Shown: positions 29,605 through 40,201, counted from the first letter of the stretch. The stretch is 64,000 bases of DNA from an uncultured Eudoraea sp. (GCA_964636005.1 CAZWPZ010000044.1:9694-73693), one strand, 5' to 3'. Numbers and translations are program-made. Notes: generated from the letters alone by a model not told the origin.

Positions 29605-30114
29605 ATGAGTAAAAGAGCATTAAGAAACTATCTAAAGGAAATTAAGAAGTCCGATTTGGAAGACCAAATAATGGATCTTTACAATCGATTCCCTGCGGTA
29701 AAGCAATATTTTGATTTTGTTTTTAACCCAAAAGAAGAAAAGCTCGTACAGGAAGCTAAAATGAAAATTTCTAATGAATACTTTCCACTAAAACGGAAAA
29801 GGGCAAGGGCCAGAAGGTCTGTGGCTCAGAAATATATTAAACTGTTTCTCAAACTAGAAATGGATCCTGTTTTAACAGCCGATGTAATGCTTTATAATCA
29901 AGAGATAGCTCAGACATTTTCTGCGGACCACCGTGTTCCTGAAGCTTTTTATAAGAGTATGCTCAATTCATTTAAAGAATCTATACAGTTTATTAGCAGA
30001 CACAAATTGCGCTCTGAGTTTCAAGAACGAATCGATTGCATTTTTGCGTCCTGTCAAAGTCAGGCTTGGCCAAATGAAGAGGATTTTGCACAAGCTTTAG
30101 ATATTATGAACTAA
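29605..30114 (+). CDS. hypothetical protein
   Basis: 169-aa ORF with helical, basic composition. No motif recognised. Confidence 0.5.
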   Translation: MSKRALRNYLKEIKKSDLEDQIMDLYNRFPAVKQYFDFVFNPKEEKLVQEAKMKISNEYFPLKRKRARARRSVAQKYIKLFLKLEMDPVLTADVMLYNQEIAQTFSADHRVPEAFYKSMLNSFKESIQFISRHKLRSEFQERIDCIFASCQSQAWPNEEDFAQALDIMN

Positions 30115-30125
30115 AAGTAAAAAGT

Positions 30126-31055
30126 ATGTCCATAGTTATAATCAGACAAGATGGAAAAATAAATGCCTGGAAAGAAGCCTTAATTGCAAAAGATCCAAGT
30201 CTTTCCATCTATAATTATCTGGAACCGCATCCAAAAGAAGAAATAGAAGTAGCTTTTGTTTGGAAACATCCTAGGGGCATCTTTAAAGAATATCCGAAAC
30301 TCCAATATATTGCTTCTTTTGGTGCAGGTGTAGATTTTTTGTTAGAAGATAAGACGATACCGGAAAACATTCCTATTACCAGAGTAGTCGATCCAATCCT
30401 GGCAAGTGATATGTCCGAATTTGTTCTGGCCACCATTTTAGATGAACTGAAAAAACTCAGACATTACAAGGTGGATCAATTAAATTCAGAATGGCGACCA
30501 TTAGAATATCGCAGGATTAGTGATGTCAAAGTTGGTATTATGGGTATGGGAGCATTGGGGTCCGATTTAGCAAAACTATTATCTTCTCTTGGCTTTATGG
30601 TGATGGGTTGGGCTAGATCTCCAAAGCCAGACGCAACAGTGGATATGTTCTATGGAGAGGCAGAACGTGGCAACTTTCTTAAAAATTCTTCCATACTGGT
30701 ATGCCTATTGCCTCTGACACCCGAAACAGAAGGTATACTCAATAGAGAAGTCTTTAAGGCCTTACCAAAAGGAAGTTATATTATAAACGTAGCCAGAGGT
30801 GGTCATCTGGAAGATGAGGATTTGCTTACTTATCTAGACAACGGTCATTTGTCAGGCGCTAGTCTCGATGTTTTTCACAACGAACCACTATTACCTGATC
30901 ATCCCTTCTGGAAGCATCCCAAAATTAATATAACACCACATATAGCTAGTGTTTCCGATATCACCTCTGTGATACCCCAACTGCTGGAAAATTACAGTTC
31001 TTTTAAAAAAGATTTACCACTTAAGAATCTGGTGCTTAGACAGAAAGGATATTGA
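30126..31055 (+). CDS. D-2-hydroxyacid dehydrogenase family (glyoxylate/hydroxypyruvate reductase A-like)
   Basis: NAD motif GIMGMGALGSDLA; also NVARGGHL and TPHIAS. Confidence 0.85.
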   Translation: MSIVIIRQDGKINAWKEALIAKDPSLSIYNYLEPHPKEEIEVAFVWKHPRGIFKEYPKLQYIASFGAGVDFLLEDKTIPENIPITRVVDPILASDMSEFVLATILDELKKLRHYKVDQLNSEWRPLEYRRISDVKVGIMGMGALGSDLAKLLSSLGFMVMGWARSPKPDATVDMFYGEAERGNFLKNSSILVCLLPLTPETEGILNREVFKALPKGSYIINVARGGHLEDEDLLTYLDNGHLSGASLDVFHNEPLLPDHPFWKHPKINITPHIASVSDITSVIPQLLENYSSFKKDLPLKNLVLRQKGY

Positions 31056-31165
31056 TTTTTATATTTTATTCATATCGTTTCGTTTAAGCACTATTTTCTA
31101 TTAATTTTGTAAAATTGTGATTTACACAAATCCAATTAGTTCAATTCTACAAATTACGTTGGCTT

Positions 31166-32677
31166 TTGAGAATACAAACGGATCAGACAGAAAAACAACT
31201 CTACGATTATCAATTACAGGATCTAACTACGATTTTTTCAGAGCTCGAGAAGTCTGCTAATGATGTAAACCTTCTATATCAACTTCCAACTGGAGGGGGT
31301 AAAACCGTTGTATTCTCTGAAATTGCAAAAAGATATATAAAAAAGCACAACAAAAAAGTAGTTGTTCTTACCCATAGAATTGAACTCAGTATACAAACTT
31401 CAAAAATGTTAATGGGTTTTGGAGTTAATAATAAGATAATAAATAGTGAGGTAAAAGATTTTAAAGATCAGGATGAGTACATGTGCTTTGTAGCCATGGT
31501 CGAAACGCTAAACAATCGCTTACAAGAAGACCTTATAGAATTGCATAATGTTGGGTTGGTGATTATTGATGAAGCGCACTACAACTCCTTCCGAAAGCTT
31601 TTTAAATACTTTGAAAAATCTATCATATTGGGGGTTACTGCAACACCATTAAGCTCGAATATAAAGCTTCCCATGAAAGACAACTACAGTAAACTTATTG
31701 TAGGGGAGTCCATAGAGTCTTTGATAAAGAAAAAGTTTTTGGCCAAGGCCAATATGTACAGTTATGACGTAAGTCTTCGATCTTTAAAACTTGGTATTAA
31801 CGGAGACTATACTGTAAAATCTTCTGATGAACTCTACAGTAATCAAAACATGCTCGGAAAGCTCTTGACTGCTTATGAAGACATAGGCAAGGGTAGTAAA
31901 ACGCTTATTTTTAATAATGGTATCAACACTTCCCGATATGTCTATGAGATTTTCAAAAAGAAAGGATACCCAATTAGACACTTGGACAACAAAAATAGTG
32001 CCTCGGAGAGGAGGGAAATCCTAGATTGGTTCTCACAGACAAAAGACGCAATTCTTACCTCTGTGAGTATATTAACCACTGGTTTCGATGAACCCGGTGT
32101 CGAAACCGTAATTCTAAATAGAGCAACCCGATCTCTTACCCTGTATTTTCAGATGATTGGTAGAGGCTCTAGAATTCTACCAAATAAAAGTAGTTTTACT
32201 GTAGTCGATTTAGGAAATAATATCTCACGATTTGGCATGTGGGATGCTCCAATAGACTGGCAAGAAATATTTTACTTTCCCGATTTTTATCTGGAGAATA
32301 TTAAAAATGATGAAGAAATAGAGCGCGACTTTGTCTATGTGATGCCTCCTGAATTACAGGCAGAATTCAAAAATTCCAAAAACATAACTTTTGATATTAA
32401 GGCGGAATACAAGAAGGTATTTGCTCAGGGTCTTAAATCTAAAACAGTTCTCGAACGAAGTATAGAGCAGCACGCTGAAATTTGTGTTGAAAATAGCGAA
32501 GATGTATTCGATGCGAGAATATTGGCGAAAAAGTTAAAAGAAGAGATTGCGTATAGGGTAAGGCAATATTCTTACTGTATTATGAACAACACAAAGAATT
32601 ATAAGGAGTGGTTGGAAGAGGACTACGAACGAAAACTTCGGCTTAGTATTTCGCAAAAATTTGCCTCCAGGTTATAA
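31166..32677 (+). CDS. superfamily-2 DEAD/DEAH-box helicase (type III restriction Res-like core)
   Basis: Motifs QLPTGGGKT, VIIDEAHY, GVTATP and QMIGRGSR. TTG start; there is no ATG upstream of the Walker A motif. Confidence 0.8.
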   Translation: MRIQTDQTEKQLYDYQLQDLTTIFSELEKSANDVNLLYQLPTGGGKTVVFSEIAKRYIKKHNKKVVVLTHRIELSIQTSKMLMGFGVNNKIINSEVKDFKDQDEYMCFVAMVETLNNRLQEDLIELHNVGLVIIDEAHYNSFRKLFKYFEKSIILGVTATPLSSNIKLPMKDNYSKLIVGESIESLIKKKFLAKANMYSYDVSLRSLKLGINGDYTVKSSDELYSNQNMLGKLLTAYEDIGKGSKTLIFNNGINTSRYVYEIFKKKGYPIRHLDNKNSASERREILDWFSQTKDAILTSVSILTTGFDEPGVETVILNRATRSLTLYFQMIGRGSRILPNKSSFTVVDLGNNISRFGMWDAPIDWQEIFYFPDFYLENIKNDEEIERDFVYVMPPELQAEFKNSKNITFDIKAEYKKVFAQGLKSKTVLERSIEQHAEICVENSEDVFDARILAKKLKEEIAYRVRQYSYCIMNNTKNYKEWLEEDYERKLRLSISQKFASRL

Positions 32678-32750
32678 GGTGCATTTTGCCTTTTCCATAT
32701 CCCATAATTCTGAAAAGCGTAATTTTAAAAAAGATAGTTTAGCTTCTTCC

Positions 32751-34010
32751 ATGCCTCAAGAAATACTATTTATAGGTCATACTTGGCCAGAACCGCATGC
32801 CACAGCTGCAGGGAGACGAACTGTGGAGCTTCTTCAATTCTTTACAAATAAAAAAGACAAGGTGACCTTCGCCACAGCTGCCGACAATAGTCTTGAGGGT
32901 TCGATTAAAGAACTGAATTTAGTAGATTGGGTGAAAATTGAATTAAATTCTGATTCCTTCGATAGTTTTATTTTAAAATTAAAGCCTGATATTGTGCTTT
33001 ATGATCGCTTTTTGACCGAGGAACAATTTGGATCTAGAGTCAAGGAAAATTGCCCAGACGCCCTTAGTATCTTAGACACACAAGATCTTCATTCCTTGCG
33101 TATAGCCCGAAAAGAGGCATATCAACAAAACAAAAAATTTATAGTTGTCAACTGGCTTGTTCACGATACTACAAAACGAGAAATCGCCAGTATATTGAGG
33201 GTTGATCTTGCTTTAATCATATCAAAATACGAGTTAAAGTTTTTAAAAAAATGGCTCAAATTACGTTCAAAAAAACTCCTTTACTTACCTTTTTCTACAA
33301 CTAAAAGCACCGAAAAACATCTCGAGAAAAACCAAAATACTTATAGCAATCGGAGAGACTTTATGTTTGTTGGAAATGGGAGGCATTCGCCAAATGTCGA
33401 TGCCGTAATCTGGCTGGTTAAAGAAATCTGGCCGCTAATTGAAGAGGCCATCCCAGAAACTACCCTCCATATATACGGAAAGTATTTTCCTCAAAAAATA
33501 ACGGACTTAATCCGACCGTATAAGAATATCCATATAAGGGGTTGGGCTCCAGACCTACAAAAGACAATGAACCACCATCGGTTAAACCTAATTCCAATAA
33601 CCTATGGGGCAGGTCTTAAAGGTAAAGTATTAGAAAGCATGGAACTAGGTATTCCATTTGTAACAACAGCAATGGGAATCGAAGGCTTTGAAGGCTCTAA
33701 GTATGTAAAAAACCAAGTTTCTGTAGACCCAGCGGGCTTTGCACAAATAGCAGTAGATCTGTATTCCGATGAAGTAAAATGGAGCGAAGCCTTTCTAAAT
33801 GGAGAACGTATGCTTGCCTGTTTACCATCAAAATCTAAATGGGAGCAATGGTTGAATTCCAAGATTTTACGTTTGCAAAAAAACCTGGACAAGCATAGAG
33901 CGCATAATATTCTCGGTAATATCCTTTACCGGCAAGAGTTCTACAGTACTAAATATATGTCTAAGTGGATTCAACTAAAGGAAAAAGGCATACCAAAAGA
34001 CCCATTGTAG
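32751..34010 (+). CDS. family-1 (GT-B) glycosyltransferase
   Basis: Motif GLKGKVLESMELGIPFVTT (EX7E-like). I prefer the ATG at 32751 (MPQEILFIGH); the track start at 32661 would overlap the helicase. Confidence 0.72.
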   Translation: MPQEILFIGHTWPEPHATAAGRRTVELLQFFTNKKDKVTFATAADNSLEGSIKELNLVDWVKIELNSDSFDSFILKLKPDIVLYDRFLTEEQFGSRVKENCPDALSILDTQDLHSLRIARKEAYQQNKKFIVVNWLVHDTTKREIASILRVDLALIISKYELKFLKKWLKLRSKKLLYLPFSTTKSTEKHLEKNQNTYSNRRDFMFVGNGRHSPNVDAVIWLVKEIWPLIEEAIPETTLHIYGKYFPQKITDLIRPYKNIHIRGWAPDLQKTMNHHRLNLIPITYGAGLKGKVLESMELGIPFVTTAMGIEGFEGSKYVKNQVSVDPAGFAQIAVDLYSDEVKWSEAFLNGERMLACLPSKSKWEQWLNSKILRLQKNLDKHRAHNILGNILYRQEFYSTKYMSKWIQLKEKGIPKDPL

Positions 34011-34066
34011 TTCAACTAGTAAAATTGAGTTACAAAACGTATCTTAGATATTAAAATAACATCTGC

Positions 34067-34906
34067 ATGAATTCAAAATGGACAACGGTAAAAGAGTTTG
34101 AAGATATTACCTACAGAAAGAGAAACGGAGTAGCACGGATTGCGTTTAACAGACCAGAAGTTAGAAATGCTTTCCGGCCTAAAACCACCAGCGAATTATA
34201 CGAAGCCTTTTATGATGCTCAGGAAGATACTTCCATTGGGGTGGTCTTACTTACCGGAGAGGGACCTTCGCCCAAAGATGGTGTATATTCCTTTTGTAGC
34301 GGGGGTGATCAGAAAGCCAGAGGCCACAAAGGGTATGTTGGAGAAGACGGCATGCACAGACTAAATATCTTAGAAGTACAACGACTTATCAGATTTATGC
34401 CCAAAGTTGTGATAGCAGTTGTTCCCGGATGGGCTGTTGGAGGAGGTCATAGTCTACATGTGGTATGTGATCTTACTTTGGCCAGTAAGGAATATGCCTT
34501 ATTTAAGCAAACGGATGCAAACGTTACCAGTTTTGATGGGGGTTATGGATCTGCCTATCTTGCGAAAATGGTGGGACAAAAAAAGGCCAGAGAAATCTTT
34601 TTTTTAGGTAGGAGCTATACAGCCCAAGCAGCCTATGAAATGGGTATGGTGAATGCCGTAATACCACATGAAGAACTAGAAGATACGGCCTATGAGTGGG
34701 CCCAGGAAATACTATCTAAATCTCCTATCTCCATAAAAATGTTGAAGTTTGCTATGAACCTGACCGATGATGGCATGACAGGGCAACAGGTATTTGCCGG
34801 CGAAGCCACGAGACTAGCCTATATGACGGATGAAGCGAAAGAAGGAAGAAACGCATTTCTTGAGAAAAGAGAACCAAACTTTGGGAAAAACAAATGGATT
34901 CCCTAA
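34067..34906 (+). CDS. menB: 1,4-dihydroxy-2-naphthoyl-CoA synthase
   Basis: Crotonase motifs FCSGGDQKARG and GWAVGGGHSLHVVCDLT. MenB-type C-terminus. Confidence 0.92.
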   Translation: MNSKWTTVKEFEDITYRKRNGVARIAFNRPEVRNAFRPKTTSELYEAFYDAQEDTSIGVVLLTGEGPSPKDGVYSFCSGGDQKARGHKGYVGEDGMHRLNILEVQRLIRFMPKVVIAVVPGWAVGGGHSLHVVCDLTLASKEYALFKQTDANVTSFDGGYGSAYLAKMVGQKKAREIFFLGRSYTAQAAYEMGMVNAVIPHEELEDTAYEWAQEILSKSPISIKMLKFAMNLTDDGMTGQQVFAGEATRLAYMTDEAKEGRNAFLEKREPNFGKNKWIP

Positions 34907-36045
34907 AATTTTGACTTCCATTTATGGTAATGTCGGACTATAATATTCTTGGTTCTCCAAAGAAAGTGATAGCACATCGGCAATGGATCTGCTATGACGA
35001 ATCGTAGAGAGGTATTGTTCCAAATAAACTTTGTTTGAAAGATGGTCCGGGGATTCTTTTTTAAGAGTAAATATAGACCTCTTAAATTTACATAGTTCTC
35101 AAGTCGATGGTGAGGGTTTAAGATAGGTTTTCCCATACCCAAACAAACGTATTGATAAGCAAAGTTAACACCCGCTAACGCGGATGCGTCTACACTTAAC
35201 CAGAATCTTGGATTTATCTCCAAAATTTTCATTTCTCCGGACTCCGCATTGTATATCATGTCAATATTCGCCACCCCATTCCAATTTAGCGAATTCATAA
35301 GCTCTTCGATAACTAGCCTAATGTCTTCATTCTCAAAAAACTTCAGACCAAGTTGTGGAGAAAATGGCTTTTTATCGTAGATACAGCCTACTTGGAGCGT
35401 AGATGCCAAAACTTCTCCTTCCTTGCACAGAACATTACAACCAATGGATTCCCCAACGATATATTCTTGCAACATCACAGGTTCTTTAATGTTTAAATCA
35501 CTCAGGTATTTCCTAAGCGCATCCTCGGAGTTAAACTTTACAATTCCCTCTCCACCACCAGAATCTACCATTGGTTTTAAAAGACAAGGAAATTTCATGT
35601 CGCATGTATCATCTGAATATGCATATAATACAGTTGTAGGTACAGGGAGGTTATGATTTTTCAGGTGCTTGGCAAGCAACCATTTATCCGAGGCAATCCG
35701 AAAAGGGTCCGACTTGGGTAGTGGGACTATTTCAACAATTTCACTAACGTCTAAATGAAGTTTATTTAGTAAAGGAATACTGTCCATATCTATGGGTAAA
35801 ACAACATCGATACCTTTATCCTTTACAATTTCGATTATTTTATGAATCCATTCTTCTTTATCCGAATAAGAGTATACAGAAAAACTTCTAAGGTGTTTGG
35901 AATATCTCGCTGCTATAAATCTTTTTGTTGACAGTAAGTGGATTTGAACATCTTTAGCAAGAGACAGACTATTTAGCACCAGCATGGTATACTTACTTTG
36001 TGCATCAGGTATTAGAACAGAGATTGTCTTTTTCGTTGTCAACAT
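34903..36045 (-). CDS. ATP-grasp domain protein
   Basis: Motifs PCLLKPMVDSGGGEGIV, VMLQEYI and MKILEINPRFW. Its stop codon overlaps the menB stop. Confidence 0.75.
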   Translation of the reverse strand: MLTTKKTISVLIPDAQSKYTMLVLNSLSLAKDVQIHLLSTKRFIAARYSKHLRSFSVYSYSDKEEWIHKIIEIVKDKGIDVVLPIDMDSIPLLNKLHLDVSEIVEIVPLPKSDPFRIASDKWLLAKHLKNHNLPVPTTVLYAYSDDTCDMKFPCLLKPMVDSGGGEGIVKFNSEDALRKYLSDLNIKEPVMLQEYIVGESIGCNVLCKEGEVLASTLQVGCIYDKKPFSPQLGLKFFENEDIRLVIEELMNSLNWNGVANIDMIYNAESGEMKILEINPRFWLSVDASALAGVNFAYQYVCLGMGKPILNPHHRLENYVNLRGLYLLLKKNPRTIFQTKFIWNNTSLRFVIADPLPMCYHFLWRTKNIIVRHYHKWKSKF

Positions 36046-36342
36046 TTATGGGACCGATAAGGAATTTACTAACATTCTAAATTTTCATTAGATAACATGT
36101 TAGAAAAGGTAGCGAATAAACTAAAAAGAGCCCCATCTAAAAAGACTAGGACTCTTTTACGAGAACACTATATGAAAATGAAAAAATTAACTTATAAATT
36201 ATTTACACTATAAACTTAACAGACCTATTGGGCTTTCCATAATTATTGTTGTGACTTAAAGGATATTTGTTGTGAAAGCTCGGTTTTTAGTAATTCTCCA
36301 TAAAAAAACGGTAAAACCTGTATCTTAGGACTAAAAAAGAAT

Positions 36343-37221
36343 ATGTCTAGTGTTGGATTAATCATTGAAGAGAGAAGTAGAGATATTGGTGACTTTTTGG
36401 TCGGAAGACTTATTCCTTTTCGAAAGAAAAGAATGATAGGACCATTTATATTCATCGATCATATGGGTCCTACTACCTTAGGGCCCAATAAATATCTGGA
36501 TGTAGACCAACATCCTCATATTGGATTAGCAACCCTTACGTATTTGATAGAGGGAGAAATTATGCATCGAGATAGCATTGGAACCGAGCAACGTATAACA
36601 CCCGGTTCTGTAAATTTAATGGTTGCCGGTAGTGGAGTGTCACACACGGAACGGACACCTCAGGATCTGAGAAACGGTCGAACTTTTGCAACCCATGGCT
36701 ATCAGATTTGGATAGCACTTCCTATGATTCACGAAGAAATTCTACCTGAGTTTCATCATATCCAAGAAAGTCGTCTACCTCAATGGGAAGATGGCAATGC
36801 CAATTTTAAACTCATAGCGGGTAAAGGGTTTGACCGGGTTTCTCCGGTTCCCGTTTTTTCGAATTTGTTTATGGTAGAAGTAAAAACTACGGGAGGCTAT
36901 CAACTAAATGTGCTTGGGAAATTGTTTGGCGAAATTGGGATATGTATAGTAGAAGGAAGTATATTGGCCTGTGATCGTAAGATTGAAAAAGGAAATATTC
37001 TCGTCTCCAAAGTAGATGATAGTTGCAATATTGGAATATCCCCTAATACCCACTTACTATTATTCGGAGGAGAACCATTGGAGGAAGAAAGACATATTTA
37101 TTGGAATTTTGTTTCTCACAGTAAAGAGCGTATTGAAACGGCAAAAAAACAATGGAGAGAAAAGGACTTTCCCATGATGTCGGATGACAAGAGCTATATC
37201 TCATTACCAGGTCAAAAATAA
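36343..37221 (+). CDS. pirin family protein
   Basis: Cupin metal motif HPHIGLATLTYLIEGEIMHRDS. Confidence 0.87.
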   Translation: MSSVGLIIEERSRDIGDFLVGRLIPFRKKRMIGPFIFIDHMGPTTLGPNKYLDVDQHPHIGLATLTYLIEGEIMHRDSIGTEQRITPGSVNLMVAGSGVSHTERTPQDLRNGRTFATHGYQIWIALPMIHEEILPEFHHIQESRLPQWEDGNANFKLIAGKGFDRVSPVPVFSNLFMVEVKTTGGYQLNVLGKLFGEIGICIVEGSILACDRKIEKGNILVSKVDDSCNIGISPNTHLLLFGGEPLEEERHIYWNFVSHSKERIETAKKQWREKDFPMMSDDKSYISLPGQK

Positions 37222-37267
37222 ATCGTTTGGGATATAAAGGACCAAATAGCATTCGAAATATACGAAA

Positions 37268-37684
37268 ATGAAAACGTGCTCTATTTTAGGTTTGTTGATG
37301 CTTGTAGTGTCCTGTGCGCAATGTAAGGACAGTAAACAAGCAGAAGAGATTGTATGGAAGTCCATAGATGTAACTGCTACGGCCTATAATTCCGTCCAAA
37401 ATCAGACTTCGAATACGCCTAACATAGGTGCTTGGGGCGATACGCTACGATCGGATTTAAAATGCATTGCAGTCTCAAGAGACCTAATAGCTCTGGGTAT
37501 TAAACATAATACTAAGGTAAAAATTTCTGGTTTGGAAGGTGTCTATTTGGTAAAGGACAAAATGAATAAGAAGTGGAAAAAAAAGATTGATATTTTTATG
37601 GGTACTAACATTCAGAAAGCAAAAGAATGGGGCGTGAAAAAAGTAGTTTTGTCCTATGAAGAAGAAAAGACCCTTATACAGTAA
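37268..37684 (+). CDS. 3D-domain lipoprotein (MltA/RlpA-like barrel)
   Basis: Lipobox LVVSCAQ. Motifs VTATAYNS, IAVSRDL and IDIFMG. Confidence 0.68.
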   Translation: MKTCSILGLLMLVVSCAQCKDSKQAEEIVWKSIDVTATAYNSVQNQTSNTPNIGAWGDTLRSDLKCIAVSRDLIALGIKHNTKVKISGLEGVYLVKDKMNKKWKKKIDIFMGTNIQKAKEWGVKKVVLSYEEEKTLIQ

Positions 37685-37704
37685 CCTGCAAAAAAGAAGA
37701 TTCT

Positions 37705-38376
37705 ATGAGTTTAAGAAGTACGCTATGTCTGGCTTTAATTAGTTTTTGTGTTTTTTTTCAGGCCTGCTCTGGGACAAATAAAATCGTAGACAAACCGATA
37801 GTATTTGATGAGCAGAGGGCCCAGCTCACCAAAGAATATTTACGGGATAGGTATGGATTGGGTCAGGAAGATGTACAGATTACGCCAAGAATGATTGTAC
37901 TTCATTGGACCGTGATACCAACCATGCAAGAAACCTTTGAAGTCTTTAATTCTCCTACCTTACCCGATTGGAGACCAGATATTAATTCGGTAAGTGGCCT
38001 TAATGTTTCCTCACAATTTCTCGTAGATCAGGATGGAACAATATACCAATTGATGCCAGAAACAACTATGGCGAGACATGTTATTGGCCTTAATCATTGC
38101 GCAATAGGAATAGAAAATGTTGGTGGCACAGAAAACCTACCACTTACTGAGGCGCAAGTTAAATCGAATATCTGGCTGGTAAAATACCTGTCCAAAAAGT
38201 ATCCCATAGACTATCTAATTGGTCATTATGAATATACGCGTTTTACAGAGCACCCACTGTGGTTAGAGAAAGATGATAGCTATCGGACAAAAAAAGAAGA
38301 TCCCGGTAAAGATTTTATGGAAAAAGTTCGTAATGCCACGAAAAAACTTAATTTTAAACCCTTACCAATGAATTGA
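37705..38376 (+). CDS. N-acetylmuramoyl-L-alanine amidase (Amidase_2 / AmpD-PGRP fold), exported
   Basis: Signal/lipobox FFQACS. Motifs MIVLHWTV, HVIGLNHCAIGIENVG and IGHYE. Confidence 0.8.
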   Translation: MSLRSTLCLALISFCVFFQACSGTNKIVDKPIVFDEQRAQLTKEYLRDRYGLGQEDVQITPRMIVLHWTVIPTMQETFEVFNSPTLPDWRPDINSVSGLNVSSQFLVDQDGTIYQLMPETTMARHVIGLNHCAIGIENVGGTENLPLTEAQVKSNIWLVKYLSKKYPIDYLIGHYEYTRFTEHPLWLEKDDSYRTKKEDPGKDFMEKVRNATKKLNFKPLPMN

Positions 38377-38383
38377 TAATATT

Positions 38384-39856
38384 ATGTTTAAGAAGTACCT
38401 ATTTCCAGTAATCGTCTTATGTTTTTCTTTCACTGCGATTGCGCAAGAGTCCGACTTAACATCTTCCTTATACGAAACCTATGAAAAGTATAAAGAAGGT
38501 AGTCTAAAACACAGAAGAATTAAATATACGGATATTCTTCCTTTAATAGAGACCTACCGAACCAATCCAAAATTTGAAGTGCGCAAAGTGGGTACTTCTA
38601 TAGAAGGAAGGTCGCTCAACTTGATTTCTATTGGCGAAGGAAGCATTGATGTTTTCCTATGGTCGCAAATGCATGGGGATGAACCAACTGCTACACAGGC
38701 GATTTTTGACATTCTTCATTTTTTAAATAGTGACGACTTTAAAGATGAAAAAGCAGCTATTCTTACAAAGGCAAAATTACATTTTCTTCCTATGTTGAAT
38801 CCAGATGGGGCAGAAGTTTATCAAAGAAGAAACGTACTAGGAGTAGATATAAATAGAGATGCCTTAAGACTACAATCCCCAGAGAGTAGAACCCTTAAAA
38901 GAGTGAGAGATAGTCTGGAAGCCGATTTCGGATTTAATCTTCACGATCAAAGCAGGTACTACAACGCAGAAAGAACCGAAAAGCCTGCGACCATATCTTA
39001 TTTGGCACCTCCCTTTAACTATGAAAGGGATATAAATAAAACCAGGGCAGATGCTATGAAAGTCATTGCCTTTATGAATGCTATTATTCAAAAATATGCG
39101 CCCGGACAGGTTGGAAGGTATAGTGATGATTTTGAGCCAAGGGCCTTTGGTGATAACATTCAGAAATGGGGCACCAGTACCATTTTAATTGAATCTGGCG
39201 GATATCCAAATGATTTGGAGAAACAAGAAATTAGAAAATTAAACTATGTCTCCATACTATCGGCGATATATACAATTGCCACTAAAAACTATGAAAATAT
39301 CCCTCTGTCTGAATATGAAAAAATCCCTAAGAACGACCGAAAACTCTTTGATTTAAAAATTGAAAAAGTAACGTATAATCTCCATGGTAACGACTATGTA
39401 ATCGACATTGGGATACAAAGACCAGAAGTAGATTTGGAAGGGCATATGGATTTCTGGAATAGCAGTAGAGTTATGGATCAGGGAGACCTGTCTACCTATT
39501 ACGGGTTCGACACAATGGATGCGCAGGAATATCAAATTATTCCAGGGAAAATATATCCAGACCTAATTAAAAATACCAAAGAACTAGACACTCTCGATCC
39601 ATATCAATTATTGTCAGAAGGATATACTGCGGTCCGAGTTGAAAAGCTTAAAAAAGAAGATATTTATTCTCCTGTTCCTCTAAACTTGGTTAGTAAATCG
39701 TATCAGGAACCACCATTTATTATAAAACCTGGGATTAATCCTTCCTTTTTATTGAGTAAGAATGGTACAATTGAAAAAGCGATTATTAATGGCTTTTTAA
39801 TTGACTTAAAGACAAAAGAGTCGCCTCATTTCAAGAATGCGATGATATTTAGGTAA
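38384..39856 (+). CDS. M14 family zinc carboxypeptidase, exported
   Basis: Motifs WSQMHGDEPT (HxxE), LNPDG and DINRD. Signal peptide present. Confidence 0.82.
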   Translation: MFKKYLFPVIVLCFSFTAIAQESDLTSSLYETYEKYKEGSLKHRRIKYTDILPLIETYRTNPKFEVRKVGTSIEGRSLNLISIGEGSIDVFLWSQMHGDEPTATQAIFDILHFLNSDDFKDEKAAILTKAKLHFLPMLNPDGAEVYQRRNVLGVDINRDALRLQSPESRTLKRVRDSLEADFGFNLHDQSRYYNAERTEKPATISYLAPPFNYERDINKTRADAMKVIAFMNAIIQKYAPGQVGRYSDDFEPRAFGDNIQKWGTSTILIESGGYPNDLEKQEIRKLNYVSILSAIYTIATKNYENIPLSEYEKIPKNDRKLFDLKIEKVTYNLHGNDYVIDIGIQRPEVDLEGHMDFWNSSRVMDQGDLSTYYGFDTMDAQEYQIIPGKIYPDLIKNTKELDTLDPYQLLSEGYTAVRVEKLKKEDIYSPVPLNLVSKSYQEPPFIIKPGINPSFLLSKNGTIEKAIINGFLIDLKTKESPHFKNAMIFR

Positions 39857-39861
39857 GCCGT

Positions 39862-40047
39862 TTAATGAATTGTTGAGAAGAGATAGCCGTAGCTCCCTTG
39901 ATGAGGTGAACCTGAGATAAATAAGACTATCAGCATGGTCAAAAGAATAGTCACAATGGTCGCGAACAGGATTAAGACTAAAATTCTGTATAGTGGGGAT
40001 AGCTCGCCCAACGGTCCCTGTTCCATTATTTCGTTTACTACCTCCAT
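39862..40047 (-). CDS. small single-TM hypothetical protein
   Basis: 61 aa with one hydrophobic helix (ILVLILFATIVTILLTMLIVLFI). It has no support beyond the ORF and the TM. Confidence 0.35.
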   Translation of the reverse strand: MEVVNEIMEQGPLGELSPLYRILVLILFATIVTILLTMLIVLFISGSPHQGSYGYLFSTIH

Positions 40048-40149
40048 ATGAATTGAATTTAAAATTTCCCTAATCCCAAAATAGGATTAATGGCTTGTTT
40101 AGGTAGTTTATATAAATAACAATTGAATAAGAACAAACCCTACCAAAAT

Positions 40150-40177
40150 AAAAAAAGTGCCTCATAGGGCACTTTTA
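40150..40177 (-). terminator. rho-independent terminator after the VWA lipoprotein gene
   Basis: Stem AGTGCC / GGCACT (40156-40173). On the minus strand it is followed by T7 (plus-strand A-run at 40150-40156). Confidence 0.65.
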
Positions 40178-40201
40178 AACTATTTCTAGGGAAAACGAGA
40201 G

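Noticed and set aside
32661-32750. An N-terminal extension of the GT1 gene that overlaps the helicase 3-prime end.
   Set aside because: The GT-B fold start MPQEILFIGH begins at ATG 32751. The extension would overlap the helicase coding region by 17 nt and looks like an out-of-frame read-through.
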